Position numbers and translations under genes: made by a program. A model generated the notes under the pieces. That model was not told the DNA's origin, made no database searches, and worked only from the letters and a program-made list of their open reading frames with translations. 64,000 nucleotides of DNA from an uncultured Acidobacteriota bacterium (GTDB lineage: Bacteria > Acidobacteriota > JAQAZP01), in assembly GCA_963836075.1 (NCBI GenBank), contig CAWIIB010000001.1:864001-928000 (forward strand). Reading direction: 5' to 3'. Shown in pieces: positions 19,730 through 29,669 of this stretch (the first letter of the stretch is position 1; each line of letters starts with the position of its first letter).

Positions 19730-20863
19730 TTGAGCAGAACGGGAATAATCTATGTCCTGCCGCACCTGGAGACCGGTGGAACACAGCGGCAGATGAAGGA
19801 ACTGCTGCTGGGGCTGGACCGGGAGCGCTTCGAGCCCCGGGTGGTGGCCTTTTCCGGGTTCGGCAGCGACTACAAGTCAGAGATCGAGGCCACCGGTACA
19901 CCGGTGACCATTCTGCCCAAGCGGAAGGGCGGCGACCCGCGGATCCTCTTCCGGCTGGCCAACATCTTCCGTAAACACCGGCCGGCCATCGTCCACACTC
20001 TGCAGACCGCCGGTAACCGCTACGGTATCCTCGCCGCAAAAATGGCCGGCATCCCCCACCGGATCACCACCGAACTCTATTACTTCGACTGGGAGCACAA
20101 ATACCGCATCCTGGACCGCCTCGATCGGCTGGTGGCCGGGCTGACCAGCGTGGTGGTGGCCAACTCCAAATTCGTCAAGACCGAACTGAACCGGGCCCTC
20201 GGCATCCCGCTGGACAAGATGGAGGTGGTCTACAACGGTTATGACCTCGATTTCTACCATCGCGCTTCGCTGGAGGGGGAGACCCGGCAGGCCAAACGGC
20301 GGGAACTGGGGCTGGAGGACGGCATCGTCTCCTTTGCCATCGTCGCCCGGCTGGTGCTGGTGAAAAACCACACCATGCTGCTGAAAGCGGCCGGACTGCT
20401 CAAGGAGCAGGGCCACGATTTCAGGCTGCTGATTGCCGGTGACGGCGCCCAGCGTGAGGCGCTGGAGGAGCAGGCGCGCCAGCTTGACCTGCAGCGCCAG
20501 GTCACCTTTCTCGGTACCCGCTCGGATGCCGCAGAGCTCATGGGCGCCGTGGACCTGACACTGCTCACCTCGCACACCGAAAGCCTCTCCAACGCGATCA
20601 TCGAGTCGCTGCTCACCGGCCGGCCGGTACTGGCCACCGGGGTGGGCGGCAACCCGGAGCTGATCCGCGACGGCGAGAACGGGTTTCTGGTGCCCGACGA
20701 CGATCACCAGGCTCTGGCCGAGCGGATGAGCCGCTTCATCCTCGACCCCGACCTGGCCGGCACCATGGGCCGCCGGGCCCAGGAAAACGCCCGCAACACC
20801 TTCAGCGCTGCCAAAATGGTGGACCAGACCTGTGCGGTCTACCAGCGGTTGCTGGGTAAGTAG
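19730..20863 (+). CDS. Glycosyltransferase family 4
   Basis: GGTQRQ, VVYNG, ARL..KN, ESLSNAIIE, VGGNPELI. Start codon uncertain (19712 or 19730). Confidence 0.9.
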   Translation: MSRTGIIYVLPHLETGGTQRQMKELLLGLDRERFEPRVVAFSGFGSDYKSEIEATGTPVTILPKRKGGDPRILFRLANIFRKHRPAIVHTLQTAGNRYGILAAKMAGIPHRITTELYYFDWEHKYRILDRLDRLVAGLTSVVVANSKFVKTELNRALGIPLDKMEVVYNGYDLDFYHRASLEGETRQAKRRELGLEDGIVSFAIVARLVLVKNHTMLLKAAGLLKEQGHDFRLLIAGDGAQREALEEQARQLDLQRQVTFLGTRSDAAELMGAVDLTLLTSHTESLSNAIIESLLTGRPVLATGVGGNPELIRDGENGFLVPDDDHQALAERMSRFILDPDLAGTMGRRAQENARNTFSAAKMVDQTCAVYQRLLGK

Positions 20864-20866
20864 CGG

Positions 20867-22024
20867 TCACTTGCGGGTGGTGGGCTCCCAGACCACGGCC
20901 TGCTTGCCGGTGACACAGTTCCACATGCCGTGAACCGACGCCATATTGACCATGGCGAAGTAGTAGGGGGCGTAAATCAGGAACGGCGCCTGCCCCTTGT
21001 CCGAGACGATTTTCCATCCGGCCAGGGCGAGGATGATGATCCCCAGCTGGCCGAGGAGCAGGATCCCGTAAAGCAGGGACGGTTGGCGCAGCACGATCAG
21101 CAGGTTGAGCAGCAGGACCGCCGGAAAGAGCAGGGCCACGGCCCGGCGGAGGAACTGGCGGGAGAAGATCTGGATCGAGTAGACCCCGGTTCTCAGCGGG
21201 TTGCAGAGATGCTTCATCAGCCAGAAGCCGCGCAGTCCGCCCTGGATGATCCGTACCTTTCGCCGGTACTCATCGGACGATGTGGGCGCCACGTCCTCGA
21301 AAGAGCGGGCCAGCGGCTCGTAGATCAAGCGGTAGTCCCGGTGCCGGATATACGCCGAGAGGTAGTAATCATCGGCCACGGCCGGGTCGGGCATCGGCTC
21401 GTAGATCGACCTGCGGATGGCGAACATCGACCCCTCGGCCGAGACGATACTGCCCAGACGGTTCTCACACCGCTTGGAGAACTTTTCGTAGCGCAGATAG
21501 AGGCTCTCCCCCTCTCCGGAGATCACCTCCCCCGGGTTGCGGTAGATCTTGTCGCCCCAGATTCCTCCCACCTCCGGATCCTTGAACCCGGGAACGAGAT
21601 TGAGGATGGCCCGCGGGTCGTACATCACGCTGGCGTCGGAGAGTACCACGATGTCGCCAGACAGCTGGGGTACGGTTTCGTTGAGCGTCAGCACCTTCCC
21701 CCGGTTGACCTTGTAGTCATAGAGTTTCACGCCCTGATCGGCGAACCGGCCGACTATCTCCGCGGTCCGGTCGGACGAACCGTCCGAGGCCACGGCGATT
21801 TCCAACCGGCCTTCGGGGTAATCCAGGGCCAGGCAGTTGCGCACCTTCTCCTCGATGATCGCCTCTTCGTTGTGGGCACAGACCAGCACGGTGACCGTGG
21901 GTCGATACTCCGGGTCACGGCGGACCGGCTTGTTGATCACCGCCGAGAGCAGGACCAGCAGCACCGGATAGCCGACATAGGTGTAGGCGAAGACGGCCAG
22001 CAGCACCCAGAAGAGGATTTCCAT
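20867..22024 (-). CDS. Glycosyltransferase family 2 (PgaC/IcaA-like, membrane)
   Basis: YTYVGYP, AHNEE, SDGSSD, SDAS, DDY, EYRRKVRI; C-terminal TMs; start codon coupled to the asnB stop. Confidence 0.9.
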   Translation of the reverse strand: MEILFWVLLAVFAYTYVGYPVLLVLLSAVINKPVRRDPEYRPTVTVLVCAHNEEAIIEEKVRNCLALDYPEGRLEIAVASDGSSDRTAEIVGRFADQGVKLYDYKVNRGKVLTLNETVPQLSGDIVVLSDASVMYDPRAILNLVPGFKDPEVGGIWGDKIYRNPGEVISGEGESLYLRYEKFSKRCENRLGSIVSAEGSMFAIRRSIYEPMPDPAVADDYYLSAYIRHRDYRLIYEPLARSFEDVAPTSSDEYRRKVRIIQGGLRGFWLMKHLCNPLRTGVYSIQIFSRQFLRRAVALLFPAVLLLNLLIVLRQPSLLYGILLLGQLGIIILALAGWKIVSDKGQAPFLIYAPYYFAMVNMASVHGMWNCVTGKQAVVWEPTTRK

Positions 22025-23961
22025 CAGTGCAGCTCCCCTGAGGACTGCCCGGCGCGGGTGGAGTGGAGCGCGTCGCACCAGAGCATGAAATTGGTCAGCC
22101 CCCAGATGGGTCGGCTGTTGTCCCGGCGTCCGGCCAGGTGGTCGTCGATGACCTGCTGCACGTAGTCCGGGTTGAAAAGCCCGGTGCGGGCCAGCGATGC
22201 GGGGCTCAGCACGTCGAGCACCATCTCCCGCAGGCTGCCCTTGATCCAGGCGGCGATGGGCAGGCTGAACCCCGCCTTCTTGCGGTAGAGGATGGTGTCC
22301 GGCAGCAGCCCCTTGAGCGACTGCTTGAGAATGTGCTTTTTCTGCCGGCCCTTCAGTTTGAAACGGGCAGGGACGGACGCGGCGAACTCGGCCACGGTGT
22401 AGTCGAGGAGCGGCACCCGGGATTCCAGGGAAACCGCCATGCTCATCTTGTCCACCTTCATCAGGATATCGTCCGGGAGGTAGACCATGGTGTCGACGTA
22501 GAGCAGACGGTCCAGATCGTCCGACGCCGCCGCCGATCCGAAGTAACCGCAAAAGAGATCGGCTGCGGTATCCCGCCCGGTGAGGCCGGCCTGGTAGTCC
22601 GGTGCATAGAGATTCCGCTTCTCTTCTTCGGTGAAGATCACTTTCCAGGCCAGGTGCGCCTGGGCCGGAGAGAGGTGATATCCTGAAAGAAGGCGTTTGG
22701 CCTTGTAATCCAGACTGACCTTCTTGTCAGAAACCGGCAGCATCCCCACCGCCGGCTGGAGCAGACCGCGGACCAGCGGCCCGGGAAGTTTCTTGAGCAT
22801 CCGGGCATAGCGGTATGCCGCATATGTCTCGTACCCGGCAAAGAGTTCGTCCCCGCCGTCCCCGGAGAGCACCACGGTGACGTCCCGGCGGGCCAGCCGC
22901 GACACATAGTAGGTGGGGATGGCCGAATGGTCGGCAAAGGGCTCGTCAAGATGCCAGGCCAGCTGCGGCAGCAGCGCCGCGGCATCGGGCGTGACCAGTT
23001 CCTCGTGGTGATCGGTTTCGAACTGCTGAGCCACGATCCTGGCGTATTTCAGCTCGTTGAAGGTGTCCTCTTCGAAACCGATGGAGAAGGTCTTCACCTG
23101 CTGGTTGAACCAGCGGCTGACGATGGCCACCATGGAACTGGAGTCGATGCCCCCGCTGCAGAGCACACCCAGCGGCACATCGCTGATCAGGTGCCGTTTC
23201 ACCGCCGCCTTGAGCAGTTCCAGCAGCCGCCCGGCATACCACTCTTCGGACTGCTCGGGGCCGTTCCGGCCGTCCCCGCTGTACTGCAGCGACCAGTAGC
23301 GCTGGATGTTCACCTTGCCGTCACGCCACTGGAGGTAATGGGCCGGTGGAAGTTTGCTCACCGCCCGGTAGATCGACTGCGGGGCCGGAATGTAGTTCAG
23401 GGAGAGGTAATTGTTCAGGCCCACGGGATCGAAATCCCGGGGCAGTTCCGGGTCCTCCATCAGGCACTTCAACTCCGAAGCAAAGGCCAGCCGCGTGCCG
23501 TCCATCCAGTAATAGAGCGGTTTGATCCCCAGGCGGTCGCGGACCAGCAGCAGGCTTTTGCGGTCGGCGTCCCAGATTGCCAGACCGTACATCCCGTTCA
23601 GTTTCCGCACCAGGCCCTCGACGCCCTCCTCCTCGTAGAGGTGGACGGCCACTTCCACATCGCTGTTGGTGGAGAAGCGGTGGCCCCGGGCCTCCAGATC
23701 CTGGCGCAATTCCGGAAAATTGTAGATTTCACCATTGCAGACGATGGCGATCCGGCCGGTCTCATTGAGGATCGGCTGTCGTCCCGAGGAGAGGTCGATG
23801 ATCGAAAGACGCCGCATACCCATGCCAAAGGCGCCATCAGTGTAGATGCCCTCGTCGTCGGGACCGCGATGGGTCATCACCGAGCACATCCGGCGCAGCA
23901 GTTCTTCGGACACCGGGCGGTTGGTATCCCCGGTGTGGAGATACCCGCAAATACCGCACAT
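22024..23961 (-). CDS. asnB: Asparagine synthase (glutamine-hydrolysing), polysaccharide amidotransferase type
   Basis: MCGICG Ntn start, HRGPDD, RRLSIIDL, NGEIYN, SGGIDSS, SGDGGDELFAGY, SLESRVP. Confidence 0.95.
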   Translation of the reverse strand: MCGICGYLHTGDTNRPVSEELLRRMCSVMTHRGPDDEGIYTDGAFGMGMRRLSIIDLSSGRQPILNETGRIAIVCNGEIYNFPELRQDLEARGHRFSTNSDVEVAVHLYEEEGVEGLVRKLNGMYGLAIWDADRKSLLLVRDRLGIKPLYYWMDGTRLAFASELKCLMEDPELPRDFDPVGLNNYLSLNYIPAPQSIYRAVSKLPPAHYLQWRDGKVNIQRYWSLQYSGDGRNGPEQSEEWYAGRLLELLKAAVKRHLISDVPLGVLCSGGIDSSSMVAIVSRWFNQQVKTFSIGFEEDTFNELKYARIVAQQFETDHHEELVTPDAAALLPQLAWHLDEPFADHSAIPTYYVSRLARRDVTVVLSGDGGDELFAGYETYAAYRYARMLKKLPGPLVRGLLQPAVGMLPVSDKKVSLDYKAKRLLSGYHLSPAQAHLAWKVIFTEEEKRNLYAPDYQAGLTGRDTAADLFCGYFGSAAASDDLDRLLYVDTMVYLPDDILMKVDKMSMAVSLESRVPLLDYTVAEFAASVPARFKLKGRQKKHILKQSLKGLLPDTILYRKKAGFSLPIAAWIKGSLREMVLDVLSPASLARTGLFNPDYVQQVIDDHLAGRRDNSRPIWGLTNFMLWCDALHSTRAGQSSGELH

Positions 23962-24278
23962 TATCTACCCCTCTCCGATCAGCTGCCCCGGGCCGGGCGG
24001 ACAGAAAAACCTGCCCGCGGAACCACCGGGACGGAAGGCGAAGTTACCACAGGAACCACGGTGTATCAATGCCGGGCTCCCGGGTGCACGCACCAATGCC
24101 GCGATTATTACGGAAACGTAACAGCTGCGACAGAAACGTCATCACCGCCAACAACACCGATCCCGGGCAGTGACCTTGCTCTATGCAGACATATCGGCAC
24201 GAAAGCAGTGGATTTCAACAGAAAAGAATGTGGAGTACCGCAAGCAGGTTCAGACGAGGAGGAGTCAGGGCCGTACGA

Positions 24279-25097
24279 TCAGTAAGCCCCGCTTCTTTTG
24301 GACACCGCCACCGCGGTTCGAAGCAGTATTCGCAGGTCCAGGGCCAGGGACTGGCGATTGATGTAGTCGATATCCAGCCGCACCCGTTCGTCGAACTCAA
24401 GGTCGCTCCGGCCATTGACCTGGTGCAGACCGGTGATGCCGGGAATCGCCTTGAGACGAAGCTTGTGCCACTCGTCGTACTTGTCCTCGTGAAACGAGGT
24501 GGGGCGCGGGCCAACGAGGCTCATTTCGCCGCGCAGCACATTGATGAAGTTGGGCAGCTCATCAAGACTGAATTTTCGCAGCACATGGCCCACTCTGGTC
24601 ACCCGGGGATCGTTTTCGATCTTGAAATCGGGCCACTTGAGTTTGTTCTGTTTCTGGATCTCTTCGGTGAACTTGATCGCGTCGGCGTCGCGGTGCATGG
24701 TGCGGAACTTGTACATCGGAAACTTGGTTCCGTCCTTGCCCAGACGGATCTGCCGAAAGAGAACCGGACCGGGGGATTCGAGTTTGATCAGCAGGGCGAT
24801 GAGGAGCATCACCGGCATTCCGATCACCAGGGCCACCAGGGACATGGAGACGTCCAGACAACGCTTGGCGACCTTGTACAGGTTGCGCCCGTTGGTCTGA
24901 ACCAGTTCCTCGGCATAGCGATTGAGAACCGCGATATCAAGGGTGGCCAGGTTCATGGCGTTGGCTGACATGTGATTTCTCTTCCGCTCACGATGGACGG
25001 AAGGGATGGTCATGCTGAGAGGAAAGTTAATTTCCTCAGGCTCTGCGTGGACGACCCGTTGGGACTGCTGCATTTCGAGAATACTCCCTGCACTCAT
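24279..25097 (-). CDS. Priming sugar (polyprenyl-phosphate phosphoglycosyl) transferase, WbaP/WcaJ C-terminal type
   Basis: KRCLD, KFRTM, DPRVTRVG..LRKFSLDELP..GEMSLVGPRP, PGITGL.QV. Start uncertain (25097 or 24971). Confidence 0.93.
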   Translation of the reverse strand: MSAGSILEMQQSQRVVHAEPEEINFPLSMTIPSVHRERKRNHMSANAMNLATLDIAVLNRYAEELVQTNGRNLYKVAKRCLDVSMSLVALVIGMPVMLLIALLIKLESPGPVLFRQIRLGKDGTKFPMYKFRTMHRDADAIKFTEEIQKQNKLKWPDFKIENDPRVTRVGHVLRKFSLDELPNFINVLRGEMSLVGPRPTSFHEDKYDEWHKLRLKAIPGITGLHQVNGRSDLEFDERVRLDIDYINRQSLALDLRILLRTAVAVSKRSGAY

Positions 25098-25340
25098 GTC
25101 TACACGCGGGTGTTGCTGCACGTTTGTCCATGCCGGCAACCGCAACCTCAACCCCCTTGAAAACAGGCCGCGGTCTGAAATCGTACCGGAAAATGAACAG
25201 GATGGTGGCGGGAGCAATACTTCTTATCGGGATGTTTTATTGCTTGCTGCCCAAGGACCGGTCCCCAGGAATTCTCCGTTCCCGGTGGATACCTTCAGTT
25301 GGTGAAACCAACAGCCTATCACCATTCTCGACGGATAATT

Positions 25341-25357
25341 ATGCAATATCAATACCA
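25341..25357 (-). promoter_or_regulatory. Sigma54 (-24/-12) promoter for the sugar transferase
   Basis: TGGTATTGATATTGCAT (GG-N10-GC); IHF-like AAACAA-N4-TTG at 25394-25406; repeated CAGTG boxes at 25467-25512. Confidence 0.7.
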
Positions 25358-25533
25358 GGATGATAATGTAGAGACTCAATGGTAATTATATGAAAACAAA
25401 GACTTGCTCCTAACAGTATTGAGAGGGCAGTTCCGAGACACCGAATCCCGAGGTTAAAATTATGCATACAGTGTGTAAAACAGTGCCCTTCTCTACAGTG
25501 GACATCGCAGTGTGCCATGGAGAATTGCGGGTG

Positions 25534-26784
25534 TCAAGAGGATTTTTTACCGCTGGGCAGTGAGAAGAATTTCAGTTGTTCCTTGACGTTCGTGCGGATA
25601 TTGTGCCTTTTAAGAACCTCCTCCCGGCCGGCCGCTGCCACTCTTTCGCGAAGACTCCGGTCGGAAATCAACCGCTCGAGGGCAACTGCCAGCGCCGGGG
25701 CGTCCTGCTCTTCCACGATCAATCCGGTCTTGTCGTTCATCACCAGTTCGGGAATGCCGGCGATATTTGTAGAGACGGCCGGGAGGCCGAGGGCCAGCGA
25801 TTCGATCAGGACATTGGGCAGTCCTTCCATCTTTCCATTCTTCTCAATAATGCTGGGCAAGACAAAGATGTCCGACGACCGGTATTTCTCGATCACCTGG
25901 TGGTGGGGGAAGATCCCCGGAAGTTTCACCACCTCCTCCAGGCCCGCCCTGCGGATCCGTTCTTCCAGGGACGAACGCAGTTCCCCCTCGCCGATCACGG
26001 TGCAATCGACTTCGATCCCCTTCTCCTTCAGCAGGCGGCAGGCCTCGATGAGAAAACGGATGCCCTTGTATTCCTGCAGCGCGGCCACCGAGAGGATTTT
26101 GACCCGGCCCTCGATGGACCAGGATGTTTTCGGCTCGTATTCCTCGAGACGGAGACCGTAGCGCACCGGCTTGATCTTGTCCGGGTCCATGTCAGGGCAG
26201 ATCCTGAGGAAATAGTCCCGGTTGTAGTCCGAGATGGCCACTACCATGTCGGCCCGCCGCAGTTTGTCGTCGAGCATCACGGTGTCCACAAAAATGTCGT
26301 GGGCGTGAGGAGTCATGGAGAAGGGGATGCCGGTGAGCCAGTTGATCACCAGACCGCACACCGCCGGCTGCCTGGCAAAGTGGCAGTGGATCCGGTCCAA
26401 CCCCTGCTCCTGCGCCTGGCGGGCGAACCGCACGCACTTGGGCAGCAGGGCAACCGTCTTGAGCAGGAAGCTGCCGCTCCGGCGCATGCCGCGCACCAGG
26501 TGGGCCCACAGCGAGAGATAGCGGCCCGGGCTGCGGAAGAGGAAGCCGAGGTTGGCTGTCCAGACCGCCCAGGAAAGCAGGAATGGCGAGTAGGTGGTCC
26601 GCTCCAGCATGATCCGTGTTTCCTGGTGGTGCACCGGGTAATCGGAGATGGTCTTCAACGAAAAGAGCCGCACATCCACTCCGAGGTTGCGCAGTTCGAT
26701 CATCTCCCGCAGGATGAACGTCTCGGTCACTTTGGGGAATTCCACCACAACATAGCCGACTTTCGCTGGTGCGCCATCATTCAC
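25534..26784 (-). CDS. Glycosyltransferase family 4 (WcaL-like)
   Basis: FPKVTETFILRE, IHCHFA, HAHDIF, KG, EGLPNVLIE. Confidence 0.9.
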   Translation of the reverse strand: MNDGAPAKVGYVVVEFPKVTETFILREMIELRNLGVDVRLFSLKTISDYPVHHQETRIMLERTTYSPFLLSWAVWTANLGFLFRSPGRYLSLWAHLVRGMRRSGSFLLKTVALLPKCVRFARQAQEQGLDRIHCHFARQPAVCGLVINWLTGIPFSMTPHAHDIFVDTVMLDDKLRRADMVVAISDYNRDYFLRICPDMDPDKIKPVRYGLRLEEYEPKTSWSIEGRVKILSVAALQEYKGIRFLIEACRLLKEKGIEVDCTVIGEGELRSSLEERIRRAGLEEVVKLPGIFPHHQVIEKYRSSDIFVLPSIIEKNGKMEGLPNVLIESLALGLPAVSTNIAGIPELVMNDKTGLIVEEQDAPALAVALERLISDRSLRERVAAAGREEVLKRHNIRTNVKEQLKFFSLPSGKKSS

Positions 26785-26909
26785 GATTCAGACCCCTTCC
26801 CTTTGAGCAGCGGCTCCTGCTCTCTACAGATCGGTGACGCAGGATCATACCTTTAATCCGGTTCAGTGGAAACGAAGGTGCGGGTGGATCGTCTCGACAC
26901 TCCGGCGGC

Positions 26910-28343
26910 TTACCTCGAGGCTCTGAGGTATTCCAGCAGTATGATCGTGGCGAGGGCCAGCAGGAACCCGAGCACCAGCCCGAGAAACGTGGTGACCAGA
27001 ATGGCCGGGGATACCGGCCGCACGGGCAGGGTGGGCGGCTCCACGATACGGATATCGTAAAGCTTGGCCACTTCCAGGAGCCGGGCTTCGCCGAGCTTTT
27101 CCTGGAGCAGGCTATACGTGGTGTTCAGTGCCGACATCCGGCGGTTCAACCGGGTGAAGTGGGTCTCCTTGCCGGGGAGGTCGGCAAGCATCTCGTCATA
27201 TCTCTGCAGCACCTCGTCCACGGCGCTGAGGCGGGCTTCCTGGGAGATGAGCAGGGTCTCCACCCGGACCAGCCGGTTCATCATCTCGGTGTAGACCGGG
27301 TTGGCGGAGAACTGTTCCTGGGTCAGGATCTTTTCCATCTCTCCGCCGAGCGCCGCGCGCAGGGTGGCGATGGACGACTCCACCGACTTCACCTGCTGGT
27401 GCTCGGAGGTGTAGACCTCGAGCAGCGACGCCAGCTCGATCTCTTTCTCCGCCAGATCGAACCGCAATTGCTGGAGCGTGGGGTTCAGTTCCACCATCCG
27501 CGAGGAGACTTCCTTGTCCACCTTCCCCAGCTGGCCGAGCAGACCGTCGCGCTCGGCGCGAAGTTCCTGCAGCGTGGCCCACAGCGAATCGTATTCAGCC
27601 CGGTATTCGCTCTCCCGGCTGATCAGGTCGGCGCCCTGGGTCCGGAGCTGCGGGGCGTTCTCGCTCTCCTTGAACAGGCGCAGCTCTTCCTCCACACCAT
27701 AGAGTTCGGTTTGCAGTCGGGACAGTTCGGCCTCGATGAAGCGGCGGGACTCACCGGCCAGATCGTGGTTGAACGACCGCGTGTATTCCACATAGGTCTC
27801 GGAAAGATTTTTGGTGATCTGGTAGGCCAGGGTCGAGGATGTGGCCCGGGCCTGAATCTCCAGAACAAAGGAGTTGGGGAAGATGTTGATGCTGACCTTC
27901 TTCTCCAGGGTATCGATCATATCCTCCAGCTCGGTGGTCTCGCGGCCCGGCCCGTAGTTGAGAAAGGCCAGGGTGTTCCCCGCCGCCGCCACCACCGCGC
28001 CGAAGGCGCGGGTGGCCAGCCCCGGTGCTTCCTCTTTCAGCGCCGGGCTGTCCATCAGCTTCCGGGCAACCGATTCCAGCACCGTCCGGCTGAGAATGAT
28101 CTGTGTCTTGGACAGGGTGGTGCTCTCCACGTCCTGGCGTCCGCCAAAGACCGATTGCTCCCGCAGCAGGGCCCGGTCCTCCTCCGAGGGATAGACAAGG
28201 ATCAGGCATGAAGAGACAAAGGTGGGCTTGACCAGCCGCAGGGCCACGCTGCCCAGCAGGGACAGCAGACCCACAAACAGCGTGATGGAGATCAGAAGCT
28301 TGCTATATTTTCTCGTCAGGACCTGCAGGTAGCTGACTTCCAT
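26910..28343 (-). CDS. Polysaccharide co-polymerase Wzc/GumC membrane domain (no kinase domain)
   Basis: Two TMs flanking a long coiled coil; YTSEHQQV; 'IRIVEPPTLPVRPVSP' motif before TM2. Confidence 0.85.
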   Translation of the reverse strand: MEVSYLQVLTRKYSKLLISITLFVGLLSLLGSVALRLVKPTFVSSCLILVYPSEEDRALLREQSVFGGRQDVESTTLSKTQIILSRTVLESVARKLMDSPALKEEAPGLATRAFGAVVAAAGNTLAFLNYGPGRETTELEDMIDTLEKKVSINIFPNSFVLEIQARATSSTLAYQITKNLSETYVEYTRSFNHDLAGESRRFIEAELSRLQTELYGVEEELRLFKESENAPQLRTQGADLISRESEYRAEYDSLWATLQELRAERDGLLGQLGKVDKEVSSRMVELNPTLQQLRFDLAEKEIELASLLEVYTSEHQQVKSVESSIATLRAALGGEMEKILTQEQFSANPVYTEMMNRLVRVETLLISQEARLSAVDEVLQRYDEMLADLPGKETHFTRLNRRMSALNTTYSLLQEKLGEARLLEVAKLYDIRIVEPPTLPVRPVSPAILVTTFLGLVLGFLLALATIILLEYLRASR

Positions 28344-28388
28344 GGTTCTCCTCGTCCCTCTGGCCGGATCAATGGCCGGCGTTGATCC

Positions 28389-29177
28389 TCACTCAGCGAT
28401 GCTTTCGTTGACGTAGTAGTTCTTGCCCCACAGGTAGCGGAACATAACATTGACCTGCAGCGGGATGATCCCGTAAATATACTGGTCGAGGAACTCGTTG
28501 ACCTTGGAAATATTTTTCATCGGCACGATCAGCAGATCGGCTGACTGGAGGTAGATGTCATCGAGGCTGCTCTCCATGTTCATTGTATCTCGAAGGTTGA
28601 GACGATAGATCTCCCGCTCGCCCTCCGGGGATTTCCGGACCAGCAAGACCTCCTTGACCTTGGCCTTGTTGGAGAAGCCGCCGGTACGCATGATCGCCTG
28701 CAAGGCGGTCATCCTGCCGTTCAGGTTGAGCATCGACGGGTGACGCACCTCGCCGCCGATGTAGACCTTTGCCTCGGCGATCTTGAGCACCGCCACGGTC
28801 ACTTCCGGCCTGGTGAAATAGGTCGAGTAGGCCTCAGTCAACTCCAGGTCCAGTTCTTCAGGGGTGCGGCCGGCCACTTCCACGTCATCCACCAGCAGCA
28901 GCGAAACCCGGCCATCCGGACGAACGGTCACCTCCTGGTTCAGGTCGCTGTCGTAAAAGAAACTGAACCGCAGGGAGTCCCCGGGTTTGATCCGATAGGT
29001 TTCACCGCTGTTCTGGACGCCAAACTGGTCCACGGCATCGAGGACCGCCGACTCCGGTGTCACCTCGCGGTATTCAGGAGAAGTGCAGCCTGAAAGGATG
29101 AGGAGGAAACAGAGAACAGGCAACAGGATGTTCCGGCCTGGCACTGAAGACCTGCGAAACCATCGAGAGCCGATCAT
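28389..29177 (-). CDS. wza: Polysaccharide export outer-membrane lipoprotein
   Basis: Lipobox LSGC; YRIKPGD, VRPDGRVSL..V.VAG.T; GEV..P; SLBB domain. Confidence 0.9.
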   Translation of the reverse strand: MIGSRWFRRSSVPGRNILLPVLCFLLILSGCTSPEYREVTPESAVLDAVDQFGVQNSGETYRIKPGDSLRFSFFYDSDLNQEVTVRPDGRVSLLLVDDVEVAGRTPEELDLELTEAYSTYFTRPEVTVAVLKIAEAKVYIGGEVRHPSMLNLNGRMTALQAIMRTGGFSNKAKVKEVLLVRKSPEGEREIYRLNLRDTMNMESSLDDIYLQSADLLIVPMKNISKVNEFLDQYIYGIIPLQVNVMFRYLWGKNYYVNESIAE

Positions 29178-29669
29178 GGCAGCATGCGCTCCTCAAGTTC
29201 CGGGGAACCCCGCCAGATCAGTTTCCGGCCCGCCCCGTGTAGTCCCTGACAAGTGCAGGTCGGGACATCTCGCCCCGGCTCTGCGCAACATTGACCACTG
29301 CGATCTAACTTCGTATCGGTATCCTGAGCAAAAGGTTGATCCATTAATGATGCAAGGATACCGGAAAACCTTCTCAGAATTCAACCAATCTGGCGGCCGC
29401 GACACCGCCGGCAGCGAGAGTTCACCAGGGAGGAACCATTTACTGCGGCTCCCCTCCTCCTCCCTGAGAGCAGCCATCCTGGGATTTTGATTTCAACGAA
29501 TGAAAAATCGTAACTCATATGGACGAAAAAATCAACATCAACCGGGCTGCTGGATTTCCACCCGCAGGATCTCTTACACTTGTCCGGCACTGTCCCGGGC
29601 AGAAATGATCCAAACAGGGATATCGCGTAACCCGGGCCGCCCCCCGCGGTCCAGCAGCCGGCAGGTACC

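Noticed and set aside
22024-23961. asnB as a lasso-peptide cyclase
   Set aside because: Has an intact N-terminal Cys glutaminase domain, no B protein or precursor peptide, and sits in a glycan context.
29325-29365. Sigma54-like sites upstream of wza
   Set aside because: GG-GC spacings of 11 and 7 are non-canonical.
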